NCBI RefSeq assembly: GCF_026210795.1
Contig: NC_089435.1
Location: forward strand, 3,782,001-3,846,000
Reading direction: 5' to 3'
Source of the DNA: Rhizophagus irregularis
Lineage: Eukaryota
Length of the DNA stretch: 64,000 nt
Shown: positions 38,408 to 52,859 of the stretch, in pieces
How the letters are laid out: each line of letters opens with the position of its first letter
Position numbering within the stretch: position 1 is the stretch's first letter
The notes under the pieces: model-generated
The model's input: only the letters and a program-made list of their open reading frames with translations
Told to the model about the DNA's origin: nothing
The model's database searches: none
Translations under genes and position numbers: made by a program

Positions 38408-40756
38408 ATAAAAAAACCAATTTTTACAATGAATTTTGATTGGACGGAAAATTTTATTCGCGTTTTTAGATACCGGCTAATAATTAAAATTTAAAAGTAA
38501 CGCCAAAGTTTCGATTGGGGCCGTATATGAAATATTAATGAAATTGGCTAGATATTTCCCGGTATAGTCATCTTTTGCTCGTCAGAGAACAAATTATAAA
38601 TCCTTCCAAATTTCCAAATTTTCAATTAAATAAATCCTTACGTTATCCAGTTAAGTTTTTATTTTATATATATTTGATTTGCAATTTTACCAATTATCAT
38701 ATTCTCCCGTTAAATGTTACCGTACTTCGCAGTTCGTACAAGAGTAATAATAAGATTCTTGGAATTTTAGGAGGATCTCCGTGGAGACATTTGCGTTATC
38801 ATTTTTATCTTTGTTTCCCTCTTTTATATTTATATTACATGTTTACATATTAAATAAAGACAAATGTGTTTTTATGAATTAGACATTATACGAATAAAAT
38901 TTTCGTTATTAAATTTGGTACCACCCATTTTGTGATAAGGGTTGTTTTATTTAATTATAATTACAAATTTCGAATATAGTATGGGAGGCCAACTAAAAAC
39001 TACAAGTTAATACGTTAAATTAACAATATATATGTCTATTAATGAAGTGTAATCCCACTATAATTAACCAACTATATATGATTGTTATCAGGGGACTTAT
39101 GATGATCTGACGTAATGTTATGATATTTCTAATTCGAATAATATTAAATTTTATTTGGGGAAGACCGTAATAATGGTGTTTTTGTGAATTACGTAGCATC
39201 AGAAATGAGCTTGCCATTAATATTCCGCCATTAAAACGATACTTTTTTTTTGGTAATGTCTATATTAATATTTTGCGGCGCAACTTCGCTGCCATGCTAT
39301 TAAATATGGACATTCTATATATTCTCTTCCTATTACTCGGTTGGGTATACGCTATACAAAAGTACTTGCTTTTACAACGATATTGTGAACCATTTATACG
39401 TTGTATATCAAAAACTGCCTTGTGGACTCTGCGTGGATATCTATTAATATACAGTTGTTAACGTCAGAAGACTGTTATAAATGTATATTAACCAACATCC
39501 TTATCTTCGACAGTATTTCTGCTTTTACAAACGAAATTGTGAACATTTTATACGGTGTATATCATAAAGTTGTTCATGGACTAGACTGCGCGGCGCGATT
39601 TCGCTGCCATGTTAATAACTATATTAATTAACATCTTTGACTATCCAAATCCTCAACTTTTTTATGATAAATATATTTAAGCGGATTGTATTATGGTATT
39701 GGTCATCAATGTATTAACAGTTGTTAATACAAACATCTTTAGTGAACGATAAAATAAAATGATAAAAGAATGGAGCGTCACCGTCGCTCAAAGTGGAGTA
39801 GGGGAAAGGGTTCAGTTATTTTTTTTTAAAAAAAAATTGTTGGGGGAACAAGTAGTTCAAGTAGTTATCATTTCTATATTTTGTTAGTTAGTAGACACAA
39901 AGATAACCCTATAAAGAAAGCTTCATTAGCACAATTACTCAATTTTGACAATCATGAACCCCTTGAAAATGTGCCAAGGTTTGTGCTACAGTAGTGTGAA
40001 AAAAGTAATTAGGTTTGTGCCCCCCTTCCCATACGTCATGAATAAAATTGTGAACTGCAATTGAGTTACGATTTAACAAAAAATCAAACCAGTACTCAAG
40101 CTCAGGTTTGGAAAGAGACTAGGTTATAAGATTATTCTTACCTGTATTATGATTTAGATACAATAAAATATTAGAAAAAGTAATATTTGAATAATTTTTA
40201 GAAATTCAATAATTTGACAGATTAACTTTATATTAGATTTAGTTTTAAAAAAAACTGCTAATACCTATTTAATATTTATTAAAGTAAACAATTAACCATA
40301 AATTATTTCTAGTTATAAATATAGGTAATAGGTTGAATGATGATCTAATCTGAGTCAAATTAAGGTCAAATTTTTGGTGCAATTCAGGTGTTATTTAATA
40401 GTGTTCTCCATAAGCCATTTTAAGCCATTCAAGTCTTGCTTAAAAAGGTTCAAGCTTTGCAAGCTTCATTAAGCCTATTGATTAATTAACTAATTATAAT
40501 TTTAGATAATGAAATTTTGTAAAGACTTGTAAAAGCTTACTCTTTTGGATAAAGCTTGCTTGGCTTAAAATGTTTGTGGAGGGCACTGAATGCCAATTGT
40601 CTTATATTTAGAAAGAATATTTAGCTAAAATTAGGCTAATATTTAACTATTATTTAAATAACAGTAAATTTATTTGACTTCAATTTTTTACTGCAAATTT
40701 ATAATTTTATTAGATATTTATATTGTGTTACAAATTATACAATCAATCTACTGTAA

Positions 40757-40935
40757 GGGAGCTTATAGATATTACGTAATTATTAAAAGGGGAAGGGGGT
40801 AACCAAAATTTTATGTTACACTTAATAAAATATATAATTTATAAATATTATAATTTGATTGGTTATTAAATCTGACAAGGAAGGGGGGAGTAAGTTTATA
40901 TTAAACTGAATATTATGTAATATATGTAACTCCCC
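40757..40935. mobile_element. PIF/Harbinger (Tourist)-like MITE
   Basis: TAA|gggagcttatagatattacgtaat ... attatgtaatatatgtaactcccc|TAA. Confidence 0.6.
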
Positions 40936-42513
40936 TAATTATTATTTAATTCTATTTTTAATATCTAATATAAAGGCTACTAATTATCCATTTATAAAGA
41001 TTTAAAACTTTTAACAGCATATATTTTACCTATAAAAAAACTAAGTTTTAAAATATAAAACTTGACCCATTTCTCTAAGACAAACTATTTAAAACTTACA
41101 AAAAAAAAAAGAAACAATTAGTTTTTTTTAATTAAAAAAACAAAGATTTAAAACTAAAATAACCTTTAATCTAAAACTAAACTAAAGGTAAATTTTATAA
41201 TAAAAAAAAAAATAAACTACTTTTTTAAAAAATATATGGAATATTGAATTTGAAATATTTATTAAAATTTGAAATATTATATATTTCAGAAAAGAATTCA
41301 ATTCAAAAAATTGCATGTTTTAGAAAAAGTTTAATAGAGTTTTTTTAAACAAAAAAATTCAAAATTTTGAAATTATTAAAACATTAAAATTTACTTTATT
41401 TTAAAAGTAAAATTCCTATAATAAAAAGTTAGAGAAAAATATATAATATAATAATTGTCCGAAGTATGAGGACATTCTACTTCTACGCATTTCAAATGCA
41501 ATGTCGTTCTGTACTATAGCTGATCGATGAATAAAATTTTGTGTTACATATATACAAATTTAGCCACATGTTACAGATAATATATTAATATTGATTTTGC
41601 AATTTGCGTAGCTAAAAAATAATATGCAAGCACGTAACCGTGTAACTCCGTGATACTAATAAAACTTTAATAAATAAATAAGTAAAACTTTAAGCAGAAA
41701 GGGCTAAACTTTTACTTATTTTGATAGAAGTACTATTAAAAAAATTATATTAAGAGTGAAAACTGATTATATTGTGACTTAAAACAAAAGTCTTTAGTGA
41801 GATATCTTAGACGAATATTACACAAGAATTTTTAATATGATCGGCAATGTACAATTTTTTTTTGTACAATTATTTATGATCATGTAATTATGCAATTATA
41901 CTGAATACTTCAGACGCTCCAACGGTTCCCGTTTCCTAGTATTTTAAAATTTTTATTTTAAAATATTGAAAATCTGATATCTAGTTAAAGCTGAAGTTCT
42001 TATAAAAAGAAAAAAAAAAAAATTTGAATATTTTTAATTTTGAAATTATTTGAAAAATTATTGGAATTCATATTAATAAGTTTCAAGAGAAAAACTTGCA
42101 TTTATCAGAATTTTACTTACTTATAAGATAGGTTACCTTCAGGCTTAAGGTAAAAATTATATATAAAATTTTTTACAGATTCTACTATAAAAGAAAATTT
42201 TATGTTATATTGTTATGATTTTTTTTTCTTTTTAACTAATTAATCAATAGAATTTAAGAAAAAAGTAAGGTAAAAATTATTAGTAAAAGCTAATTTTTTA
42301 CAGTAACCTTTATTATAAGTAAACAGGATTCTCATTTATCTAAAAAATATTTTTAACATTTTTTTATTTTCTTTTTTTGTAAAAAATGGTCTTAAAGACT
42401 TTGAGTAAGTTGTAATTTAAAGGTAAACATTTTTAATATTTTTTTATTCTTTATTTTGTAGAAAATAACATTGGAAATTTTAGTAAATTGTAATTGAAGG
42501 GTATTATTCAAAA

Positions 42514-42780
42514 GAAAATTTCTAAGTTTACATGGGGTGTTTGTACACAGGTCATATAAATATAATTTTTAATAGACTAATTTTTTGTTTTTTAATTTGA
42601 AATTGAATGCTACCGACATTATACTCTTTTATTTTTTATTCTTATTATATTACAGATAAATATATGTATTTTTACCTGCTCTGCAAGTTTACTTAAGGCA
42701 TTAAAGGAGGTTTTGAATGCCGTTTTTAATCTACTAATATGACCCGTGTTTAAACACCCCATGTACAAATAGAAATTGCC
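42514..42780. mobile_element. Mutator-like MITE with 9-bp TSD
   Basis: TSD tattcaaaa at 42505-42513 and 42781-42789; TIRs ..tacatggggtgtttgtacacaggtcatat / atatgacccgtgtttaaacaccccatgta.. Confidence 0.8.
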
Positions 42781-43142
42781 TATTCAAAATTTATTTGAAA
42801 AAATATTTTTAACATTTTACTAGTCAGAATATTTCATTTTGTCCAAATTTTAAATTAACGAATATTAGATAAAAGTTGGTCTAAATTTGGCTGATTATTG
42901 CCAAAAAAATTGTCAAAATTATTATGGACAATTTGTACAATTTGCTTAATTTGCTTGCCACTTGGCAATCATAAATCGGTAAAAATTCATTAATTTTCCA
43001 TTTCAGCTAAAAATTGATTGGCCAGTTTTAAATCTGATTTTTGATCTAAAGCTAGCCAATTTTTAGTTGATATAAAAATAGTTAATTTTATATTTATTTC
43101 TGATTTTTAAGTATAATTCAATTTATTAATAAAATTATAAAA

Positions 43143-43314
43143 CAATCAAACCTTAATATAGCGAATCTTTAATATAGTGAATTTTTCAGACAACTATAAT
43201 AAATTTCCCCTTGCTATAACGAATTAATCAATCAAATCTCTTAAAATCTTCACTATAGTCTTATAGCGAAGTTGAGGTCTGGACCCTAGGGTTCGTTATA
43301 ACAAGGATTGACTG
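43143..43314. mobile_element. pogo/Tc1-like MITE
   Basis: caatcaaaccttaatatagcgaa ... ttcgttataacaaggattgactg|TA, with internal tatagcgaa repeats. Confidence 0.6.
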
Positions 43315-43980
43315 TATAAATAAAGGTATATATATATATATATATATTATTTTTAATTAATTATTATATATTATTCAAATATTATCTAAAAATACTAAAA
43401 GAAGTCTATAAAATTTCCTCATAAACTTAAAAAAAAAATAAGATAAAAAATTCACTAATCGTAAAAAGAAAATAAAAAGTACAATAGTTAGTTAAAAAAT
43501 AGAATAAACAGTTGTTTTTAAATTTAATTCAAAAATTTTTCTGGAATAGCAAAATCATTAAAAACCTATAAAAGAACAAAATTAAAATATTATTTGCATT
43601 TCGTTAGGAAAAAATAAAATAAATTTTCAAAGGGGAGTACCTCCATTTAAATATTATCTATAAATCTACAAAAAAAATCAATAAAAAATCAATAAAATTT
43701 GAAAAAACTTTTTAAAAAGAAAGTTCTGAAGCAATTTTTCAAAATATCAATATACGTAATTCAAAGCCCAAAAACCAAAAGCTGAAACATACAAAATAGA
43801 AGAAAAAAAATAAAAAAATAATTAAAAAAAATAATTTTTAAAAGTTTTAAAATAAACACTTTTAAAACTTACCTTTTCCTAATTTCTCAAAGAAAGACTT
43901 AAAAAAGAAAGGAAACATTAGATACATTTTCTTATTAAAAAAAAATGGAAAAAAAATTTTTTAAAAGTTTTAAAGCAAAA

Positions 43981-44141
43981 TGTTGTGCCCCAAGTTGACG
44001 ATTGCTCCAAATCAATGATCAGCCTAAATTATCGGCCCATCTTTATAATGTCTTAAGAATTTTCAAAGCATTACTTTTCACATATAGTAATCATCGATGA
44101 TTATCGTCAATTTGGGGCATATTGAGATTTGGGGCACAACA
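43981..44141. mobile_element. Small MITE
   Basis: TIR tgttgtgccccaa ... ttggggcacaaca flanked by aaaa on both sides. Confidence 0.7.
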
Positions 44142-44631
44142 AAAATACTTCAAAATTTACTCTTTTATTTTCTAAAACCTACAAAAAAAATAAAGAAAAT
44201 GTTAGTAATATTTTTTAATAAAAAAAAATTTTTTTAAAAAAAAGTATCAAAACAAAAGCTTCGATATTTACCATTTGAGAAACAGAAAAATGGAAAGAAA
44301 CAAAAGAAAAAGAAGGAAAAGGAGAATAAAAAGAAAATGAAAAAATACCCTGTAACTTGTTTTTATATTCCATTTTTTTTCTGTAAAAGACTTATATCTT
44401 CAGAATTAATAATCTTATATTATAGAATTTATCAATGAAATTATCTACATTTTTTGTGAATAGATCATAAAACTTTTGGGAAGGGCATAATTAGCTAATA
44501 AAATTTAAATAAGATGATATAGTAACTAGGTAAATTATATAAAATTATATAAAATTATCAGGTTAAATTACTCTAAATGAAAAATTGCTAAATTATTCCA
44601 GGTGAAAATTAGTTATAATCAATTATATATA

Positions 44632-45122
44632 TAGTTACACCTTCATAAATGTACCTTCTATAAGTGTATTCCTTCCCTATATGCATACCATAGCTTGGTT
44701 CTAAGCTAGGGATTTAGAGCTAAATGCACACCCTCTATATTCTATACATGCATGTAATTCTGAATTCTGGATATATCATAACACTTTCTATAAATGCATT
44801 CACATGACAATTATATAATATTGACCAATTATCGATAGCTGTTTGGTTCTTTAAAATAAATAAATTTAACAATTTACATTTTTTTGAATAAAAAATATTT
44901 TTCAATTTTTTTAATTTTATTATATTATTTTACATCACAGATCATTTTTGTATGTACAATTCTTTCATTAAAATAAAAATATAAATAAAAGTAAATTTAA
45001 ATAAATATTCTTTCCAATTACTAATATTGATTTTTCTATTGGCTGTTTTTTAAATGCATACTCTCCTTAACTGCATATGCATGACCAGATTCCAGATGTG
45101 TATACTTATAAAGGTGTGACTG
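44632..45122. mobile_element. Tc1/pogo-like MITE
   Basis: TA|tagttacaccttcataaatgtac ... gtatacttataaaggtgtgactg|TA. Confidence 0.55.
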
Positions 45123-45534
45123 TATTTATATTTAGATATATAGATTTGATTTAAAGTTTGACTCCTAATACCATCTTTCAAATCAGCTGATTTCTAGTAT
45201 GTCCCAATATTTTAGTCCAAATACTTGTGAAGCTGTACCTTAAGTTCCACCAAATTTTTCCAAATATTAAGTGCAGTTTTTTGAATATGATCAAATTGTG
45301 TATTGTGAATATCTGCTTCTACAATAATTCAGTATTAAAGCTCCGCATGAGCCGAGCTGGCTCACGAGCTGGCTCGAGCTTTTCAATCTGAGCCGAGCTG
45401 AGCCACGATTAAATTGGCTCAGTGGCTCGCGAGCCAGCTTGAAATGAGCTCGAGCCGGTGATAGGCTCAGCTCAAAAAGCTCAAGCCAGTAATAGGCTCG
45501 GCTCAAAAAGCTCGAGCTGGCTTGAGTTATCATA

Positions 45535-48000
45535 CAAAAAACGTTGCGAAAATGTTTTTTTCACTATATTATATTAAAAAAAACGTTTCACAACGTTTTT
45601 TTTAATTCTTTAGTAAAAAACGTTGCAAAAACGTTTTTTTCACTATATTATTTTAGAAAAAAACGTTTCGCAACGTTGTTTTAAATTCTTTAGTAAAAAA
45701 ATGTTGCGAAAACGTTTTTTTCATTATCTAATATTAGAAAAAAACGTTTTGCAACGTTTTTTTAAGTTCTTTAATAAAAAAACGTTGCGAAAATGTTTTT
45801 TTCACTATATTATATTAGAAAAAAATGTTTTGCAACGTTTTTTTAAGTTCTTTAATAAAAAAATGTTGCGAAAATGTTTTTTTCACTATATTATATTGGA
45901 AAAAAACGTTTCGCAACGTTTTTTTTAATTCTTTAGTAAAAAACGTTGCGAAAATGTTTTTTTCACTATATTATTTTAGAAAAAAACGTTTCACAACATT
46001 TTTTTAAATTCTTTAACATATGGGCCGATCCTTGGAATCTAATTTTTTTACACAAAAATAATTTTATTAAAGCAAATATAAATTATCATTTATATAAGAA
46101 TAATAAATTTATACCAGATAATGCAAAAAAAACTAATTAATTATATAATTTTTAATTTTTTTTAATATAAGATATCATTAAAATTTAAAAGATCAAATAT
46201 AACTCTCATGACAAAATCATTGATAATTCTTCGTAGAAATAAGCTATACAAATAAATTTACATTCATTTGAAAGAGAAAATCGAGATCTATCTAATGAAT
46301 CTAAAATCAAGTGAATTGAATCACTAGTTGATCAGTAATCACGTTCAGTATATTATTGAATTTTATCTAAATTTGATCATTAATTACTTCACATATAGTG
46401 ATTCAATTTGAATGATCTTTGCTCCCTAAGGTGATGCCAACTTTTATCTTTAAAATAAATTTAAAATAATTCGTTTAATATATGTAGATGTTTAGGAATC
46501 ATCAATTATATTATTAATATAAAATTTTGTAAGTTTGATAAAATCTGATATAAAAAAATTTATTAAATACCTGTAGATGCAAGCTACACGAATGAAATTA
46601 TATTCATTTGAAAGAGAAAATTGAGGTCTATCTAATAAGCCTAAAATCGAATGAATTGAATCACTGGATTGTGAATAATTACGTCTAATATATTTATTTT
46701 TAATTTTTAAATTTGATTTGACTTTGATCGTTAATTACGCCTCATCCAGTGATCCAATTTTCCTGATCTTTGATTCTTACGATAGAGCAAATTCTCAGCT
46801 TTCAAATGAATGTAAAATGATGACGTTAGCATATCTCCAGGAATAATAATGCACGATTTTGTCACCTGCATAAAGTCCGATCTGAAAATTTTATTTCTTA
46901 CCAAAAAATGCTTTCATAAGAGAATCCCAAATTCTTTTACTTTATTTAAAAGATTTTATTTGCCATTTAAGGATTTTAGTAGAATAAATCTAATGAAATA
47001 ATTTTAAAAGATAAAAAACAAATATATAATTAGTTATTTTAAAAAAAAGAATATCTTATTATTCATTTTACAACTATTTTACATCATAATTATTTTTTAT
47101 TTGCATGTATTTTTTACAAAGAAAAAACAATAAATTAAAGCTAAAAATTATGAAAAAATATGTCTTATCTATGTATATAAAATATTAAGTTTTTTCTTTT
47201 ACTTACCACTTAAAAATAACTGCTATATTTGCTTATAAACTTTTTTGTCATATTTAATAAAAGTGAATAGAAAAATGATGGAAAAGTGATGGGAGTGATG
47301 GGGAAAAAAAAGTGGTTATTACCGTTATTTTTGAATATTGATTAAAAAAATTTTTTTATTTTTTATTAAATCTGAGTTACGTAAATATGTAACACATATT
47401 TAATTTAGATTTGTGTAATGTTAATCTTACTAAAATATTAAATTTTTATAAAAATCTTAATTTAGACTAATTCCAAAAATCGGCACATATGATAAAAAAA
47501 TGTTGCGAAAACGTTTTTTTCACTATATTATATTAGAAAAAAACGTTTCGCAATGTTTTTTTAAGTTCTTTAATAAAAAAACGTTGCGAAAACATTTTTT
47601 TCACTATATTATTTTAGAAAAAAACATTTCGCAACGTTTTTTTAAGTTCTTTAATAAAAAAATGTTGCAAAAACGTTTTTTTCACTATATTATATTGGAA
47701 AAAACGTTTCGCAACATTTTTTTAATTCTTTAGTAAAAAACGTTGCGAAAACGTTTTTTTCACTATATTATATTAGAAAAAAACGTTTTCGCAACATTTT
47801 TTTAAATTCTTTAGTAAAAAATATTGCAAAAACGTTTTTTTCACAATATTATATTAGAAAAAAACGTTTCGCAACGTTTTTTTAAGTTCTTTAATAAAAA
47901 AACGTTGCAAAAATGTTTTTTTCACAATATTATTTTAGAAAAAAACGTTTTGCAACGTTTTTTTTAATTCTTTAATAAAAAAACGTTGCAAAACGTTTTT
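45535..48000. repeat. ~81-bp tandem repeat array, split by an insertion
   Basis: Unit like aaaaacgttgcgaaaacgttttttcactatattatattagaaaaaaacgtttcgcaacgttttttaagttctttaat at 45535-46016 and 47492-48000. Confidence 0.9.
46017..47491. mobile_element. Nested TIR element inside the satellite array
   Basis: catatgggccgatccttggaat ... attccaaaaatcggcacatatg; the array resumes in register after it; TSD unclear. Confidence 0.75.
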
Positions 48001-48373
48001 CTGAAGATAAAGCTTGAGCCTGGCTTGGCTCGAGCCATGAAAATCATGGCTCGGCTCAGCTCACTTTAGCTTGAGCCGAAATTTTTATGGCTCGGCTTAT
48101 TCTGGCTTAGGCCAGAATTTTTTTTTTCGAGCTGAGCTGAGCCAGACTGTGGCTCGACTCAAGCCGGCTCATGCGGAGCTTTATTCAGTATCAGAACATT
48201 TTGCCAAAAGCCATTTTGCCAAAAAATAATTTTTAGCCTGAGTTATTTATAATTTTGCATAATGTTGGCCCTAATTTAAGTGAAATATCCTTTTGGTAAA
48301 ATGGTTTTTGGCAAAATGTACTATAACCCAATAATTTATACTATTATATATGATACATATTATTATATATTAT

Positions 48374-49171
48374 TAGTGTTCTAAAAGGGTCAAGTCAGGT
48401 CAGATTTGAAGATATATTCAAACTTGACTTGAGTATAAAAACCAACCTGTACAAATACTCAGATTAATATTTATATGACCTGACTTCTGATCTGACCTGA
48501 TATACTAGTTTAATTTTTAGATAATTCAGGTTTAAATAAAATTTTTAGATCCTCCTTACGTTCAGCCTAATTTCAAACATACTATACACATGTGATTTGT
48601 ATTTAGTTTTAAATTGCTTCTTTTGGCCAGTTCCTCCAGAAAAAATCTTCAACTGTAACACTTTCAATTACAGGTAAAAAAAAAAAAATTTAACTAATTT
48701 TAATATTATTCAATAATTACAAGATAATCTTTTACCATTACTGCTAAGTGTGAAACTGTGAATACTTTACTATGTTTAATTAGTATATTTTTATAACAAA
48801 TTAATAAAATCTAATAAAATAGACTAGTTATTATTAAATATATACTTTTCATTATAATAGAACATTTTGATTTTGATCTGCTCAAGTGTTATAGACTTTT
48901 TCGCTTTTCAAGAGTTAATTCTCAGCTTCACTCATTTTATACACAAACAAAGTTAGAAATTAAAAATCATGTAATGTAAATATTTGTAAATATTTTAAAT
49001 ATAAATATTTGATTAAATTCAGGTCAACCTGGATCAACCCAGATCAAGCAAAGGTATGATCTTGACCTGATGAGTCTGGTTAAATATAAGACTCATGTCA
49101 AATAATGATAAACCTGATTCAGATTTTAAAGTCAAATAACCTGGGTTTGATCTAACCTTTTCAGAATACTA
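48374..49171. mobile_element. hAT-like MITE
   Basis: tagtgttctaaaagggtca ... taaccttttcagaatacta; TSD tatattat/tatatgat; acctga subterminal repeats. Confidence 0.7.
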
Positions 49172-49189
49172 TATATGATAAAGCACAAA

Positions 49190-49985
49190 TTTCACAAAAC
49201 GTTAAAAATAGAATTAAAATATATTATCAAACAGATTACAATGAACCAACTATTAAATCTATTCTTAAACAGGAATATCAAGGATTAGAAATGTGAATTT
49301 ATAATGATATTTATAATTTTATATACCAATTGGATGGTGAACTATACCAGCATTTTTTTGAAGCAAATGAATTATGAATACTTTAAACAATTTAAAAGAG
49401 AAATTAATAGGTTTGAATATGAGATAAAAATTAATGAAAGTACAAATGAATTAATTCAAGTAATTTGGATGTATCCTGAACAGAAGTGACAATATTGTAG
49501 GTTTCTAGATGTGATGACAACACATACAACTGATACAAGGTTAATCGATTTGATATGCCATTTAGGATCTTTACTGGTGTAAATAATTTTAGCCAAAGCA
49601 TATACTTTGCTGAAACTTTGATGTACTAAGAAATAATTGATAGTTTTACATAGACATTTAAATCATTTCTTAAAATAGTCAATAATCATCCATCCAGGGT
49701 AATACTTACAGATGAAGATAAAGCAATTTCTCATGTTATACAAATTACAAAATACTTTTAGTCACAATAGTAAACATGTATTATATATATGGCATTTATG
49801 GAAAAACGTAATTAAAAATTTAAATAGTACATTGGTACAAAAGCTTTTTATGAATGCACAAAAGAATATGAGATTGAGAGTTTTATTATTAAATAGCAAT
49901 AATTTAAAGAAAATTTTCCAGATTTTAGGACACATTTAGATAGAATAGATAAAGTGAATCGAAAGAAAATGGGCATCCTGTCAAA
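49190..49985 (+). pseudogene. Mutator/FAR1-type transposase remnant
   Basis: ELIQVIWMYPEQ, NRFDMPFxIFTGVNN, FKSFLKIVNNH..VILTDED and H..IWHLWKN are MULE DDE motifs, here with stops and frameshifts. Confidence 0.75.
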
Positions 49986-50182
49986 TGTGTTAGGATGCGT
50001 GTTATGACATAATATCTTAATGATCATCGTGATTCCTGAATCAGTAACAAACTGCTAATGATCTAATCAGCTGTTTGCTTTGATTGCTTAACTTGTAATT
50101 TTGACACCCAGCATTCCAGCAAACAACTAAATGGCATAACGGTGTAAACGGTCAAATATCAAGCATGAGAAGATGATAAAAT

Positions 50183-51209
50183 AGGACCCTGAAGAATACA
50201 TATACAACTCAGATCCAGACCCAAAATTTTAATATAACTTTATACGCCTAATTTTATTAGAAGCTTTATACAAAATCATCACATAAGTTCAAATTTTATT
50301 ATAAATTATACAATTATAAATCTGAGTTTATATAAAAAAAAATTTTTAAAGAAAAATTTCAAATAAATTTTATTGAAAATTTTAATAAATATTATTAAAA
50401 ACTATTTAAAAATTCTAACAAATACTTAAAAAATTTTTTTAAAAAAAATTATTAAAAAAAATTATTAAAAAATAACTTAAATAAAATTTTTAAACAAAAT
50501 TGCATGTTAAAATTTTAAATACCCAATAGATATTGATGCCCAATATGTATAATATAGTAAGTTTTATGCAAAAATTTGGGTGTATACTACAAAATAAAAG
50601 AAAATACATTTTGTTATATATCTCACCACCCAGTGATCGTAAAAAGATGAAACACAGCTCGTTGGATTCGTCTTGACAAGACGAATCGAATGGTAGTAGT
50701 TTCGTGTTTCTAGGTGTGATAGATGATGAGCTATACCACACATCGGCACTTTGTATTTTCGTCTACTGTGCATTTTTACATTTTATCACATAACTCGGCA
50801 TCTATCGCGCCTAGAAATATGAAACTACCACCATTCGACTCATCGTATTGAGACGAATCTAATAAGCTGTGTTTCATTTCTCTATGATCACTGGATGCTG
50901 AGATATATAATAAAATGTATTTTTTTTAATTTTGTAAATGAATTTTAAAAAAATTTCTTCATTTTTATTAAAAAAATGTCTTTAAACGAACCCTTAAAAA
51001 CTTCTTAAACAAAAAACAATTTCTATTAAAAAATATTTCAAGTGTTTTTTAAAACAAATAAAAAAACTCTTTATTAAAAAATATCTTAAAAATTTCTTAA
51101 ACAAAAAATAAAAAAAAACTTTAAAAAATTTTAAACGTATATAAAAAAAATTACATAGTAAGTTTATACAAAATTGGATCCCAGTATTATATGTATTCTT
51201 CGGGGTCCT
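50183..51209. mobile_element. Non-autonomous TIR element with 8-bp TSD
   Basis: aggaccctgaagaatacatata ... tatatgtattcttcggggtcct; TSD gataaaat at 50175-50182 and 51210-51217. Confidence 0.8.
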
Positions 51210-52859
51210 GATAAAATTCAATCACCAAATGTAATTGCCAAATATTAAGAACGAACAAATTAATTATGAATTGGCGTAGATGGATAAATAATTAGCTGAA
51301 AAGGATAAACATTTAAGAAGAGCAATGATCTACATGATGTAATATTTATCGGATGATTAACAAAGAACCAATCGAATAATTAGAGTCGATCAATTGCGGC
51401 TTAGCAATCTTTAACAATAAGAACAATTAGAAAGAATAATTATAAGCCACAAAAGGTAAATCATATAAAATGGAGGGATAGCGGACTAAAGGAACACGCA
51501 TAACGAAAGTACATACATTCATTCTCATGTTTTATTATTTCTTGCGGACATTTATTTTTCTTTCTTGAAAAATCTCTATTTAATATTTCTTTTATCCTAA
51601 AAATTTCTAAAGATTCATTCTTAAATTTTATTGTTTTGAAGATAAACTTCTGATTACAAAATTTACAATATATCTTAAATTTTACTTCCATAAATAATAA
51701 TATAAAAAGATAATATAAAAGATAATATAAAAGATAATATAACACATATTAAAAAGAACATAAAAGATAGTATATAGATAGAATAGAAAGTAGCATAAAA
51801 ATTTGTATAAATAGAGAGCGGAATTCAAAGTAATTCCATAGTTCTCATCTACAGAACTCAATAAAAATATAAGTTTCATTTAATTATTTGTTAGTAAAGT
51901 TTAATATTAATTAAAGGTAATAGGTTCGCCCTAAACTTTAATTAATGTTTGCTTAATTAATTTTAATTGAATAAAATGGAAATTTTAAGATGGATTAAAT
52001 ATATATTTTGAAAAATAATAATTCGTAGCGAGAGCTATCGAAGTTTGAAATTAAAGGTAAAAGTGGATATAATTTGGGAAAAATTTAGAGAAGTTAAATT
52101 TTATTTTATCTTGTTTGATGTTTTATATTACTAACGCTATTTATGTTGTGAACCAAAAATGTTGTCGTTATATGTTATTGTATGTTGTTCGTTGATTACG
52201 TTGTTTGTTAATTATGCTGTTGATTATTTGCTTGTTCGTTTATTTGTTCATTCGTTCGATTATTTGTTCGTTCGACCATGAGAATGCCCGTTCGATGTGG
52301 CAATTCTGTAAATTAATGACAGAGGGAATTGGGGGATCTCAACGGCAATAGTAGACCATATATTGAACAAATGTTCAACCATTGTATGTATATATAGTCT
52401 GCCATTGCTTGCGGTTCCATCTCTGGGCAAAAGGAACATCAATTGATATTTGCACTGCAGCGGGTGATACCTGAGCTTTAGCCTACTGTCCAACTGTTAA
52501 GGCTCAGTTTCAACAGTTGGAACGCGAGGGCTTATTTATGGCCAACTTAATTGCTGTTTTAGAATGTTCTGAACAATTATCTGCACCAATAATACTGATT
52601 CTTTTATTACAGGAACTTTCTCCTTTTTCACTAATATCTTCATTACCAATATCGCCAATACTTCTGCAAAGTATTTTGCTTAAAAAGATAATTTGTTTAA
52701 ACTGCCCTTTTGCTGTTTTGATAAAATAAACTTTTCTTGTTTCTTATCCAGAAACGAGGTGAGATAGCATCTGAAAAACAAGTTCATCCAGAATCTAATA
52801 CTGTCAGTAGAATTCTAAATATAGAAGTTAGAGCCTAGCTTCCTGCAGATACTTCTGAT

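Larger units (their letters stand above)
45336..48183. mobile_element. Non-autonomous hAT-like element with internal ~81-bp satellite and nested insertion
   Basis: Perfect TIR taaagctccgcatgagccg / cggctcatgcggagcttta; perfect 8-bp TSD ttcagtat (45328-45335, 48184-48191); gagcc/ggctc subterminal repeats. Confidence 0.92.

Noticed and set aside
45623..47733. ORFs with FFHYIILEKN repeats
   Set aside because: Translations of the 81-bp non-coding satellite inside a hAT-like element
51690..52280. Short tandem repeats (ataatataaaag; ttgttcgtt)
   Set aside because: Simple degenerate minisatellites with no supportable function
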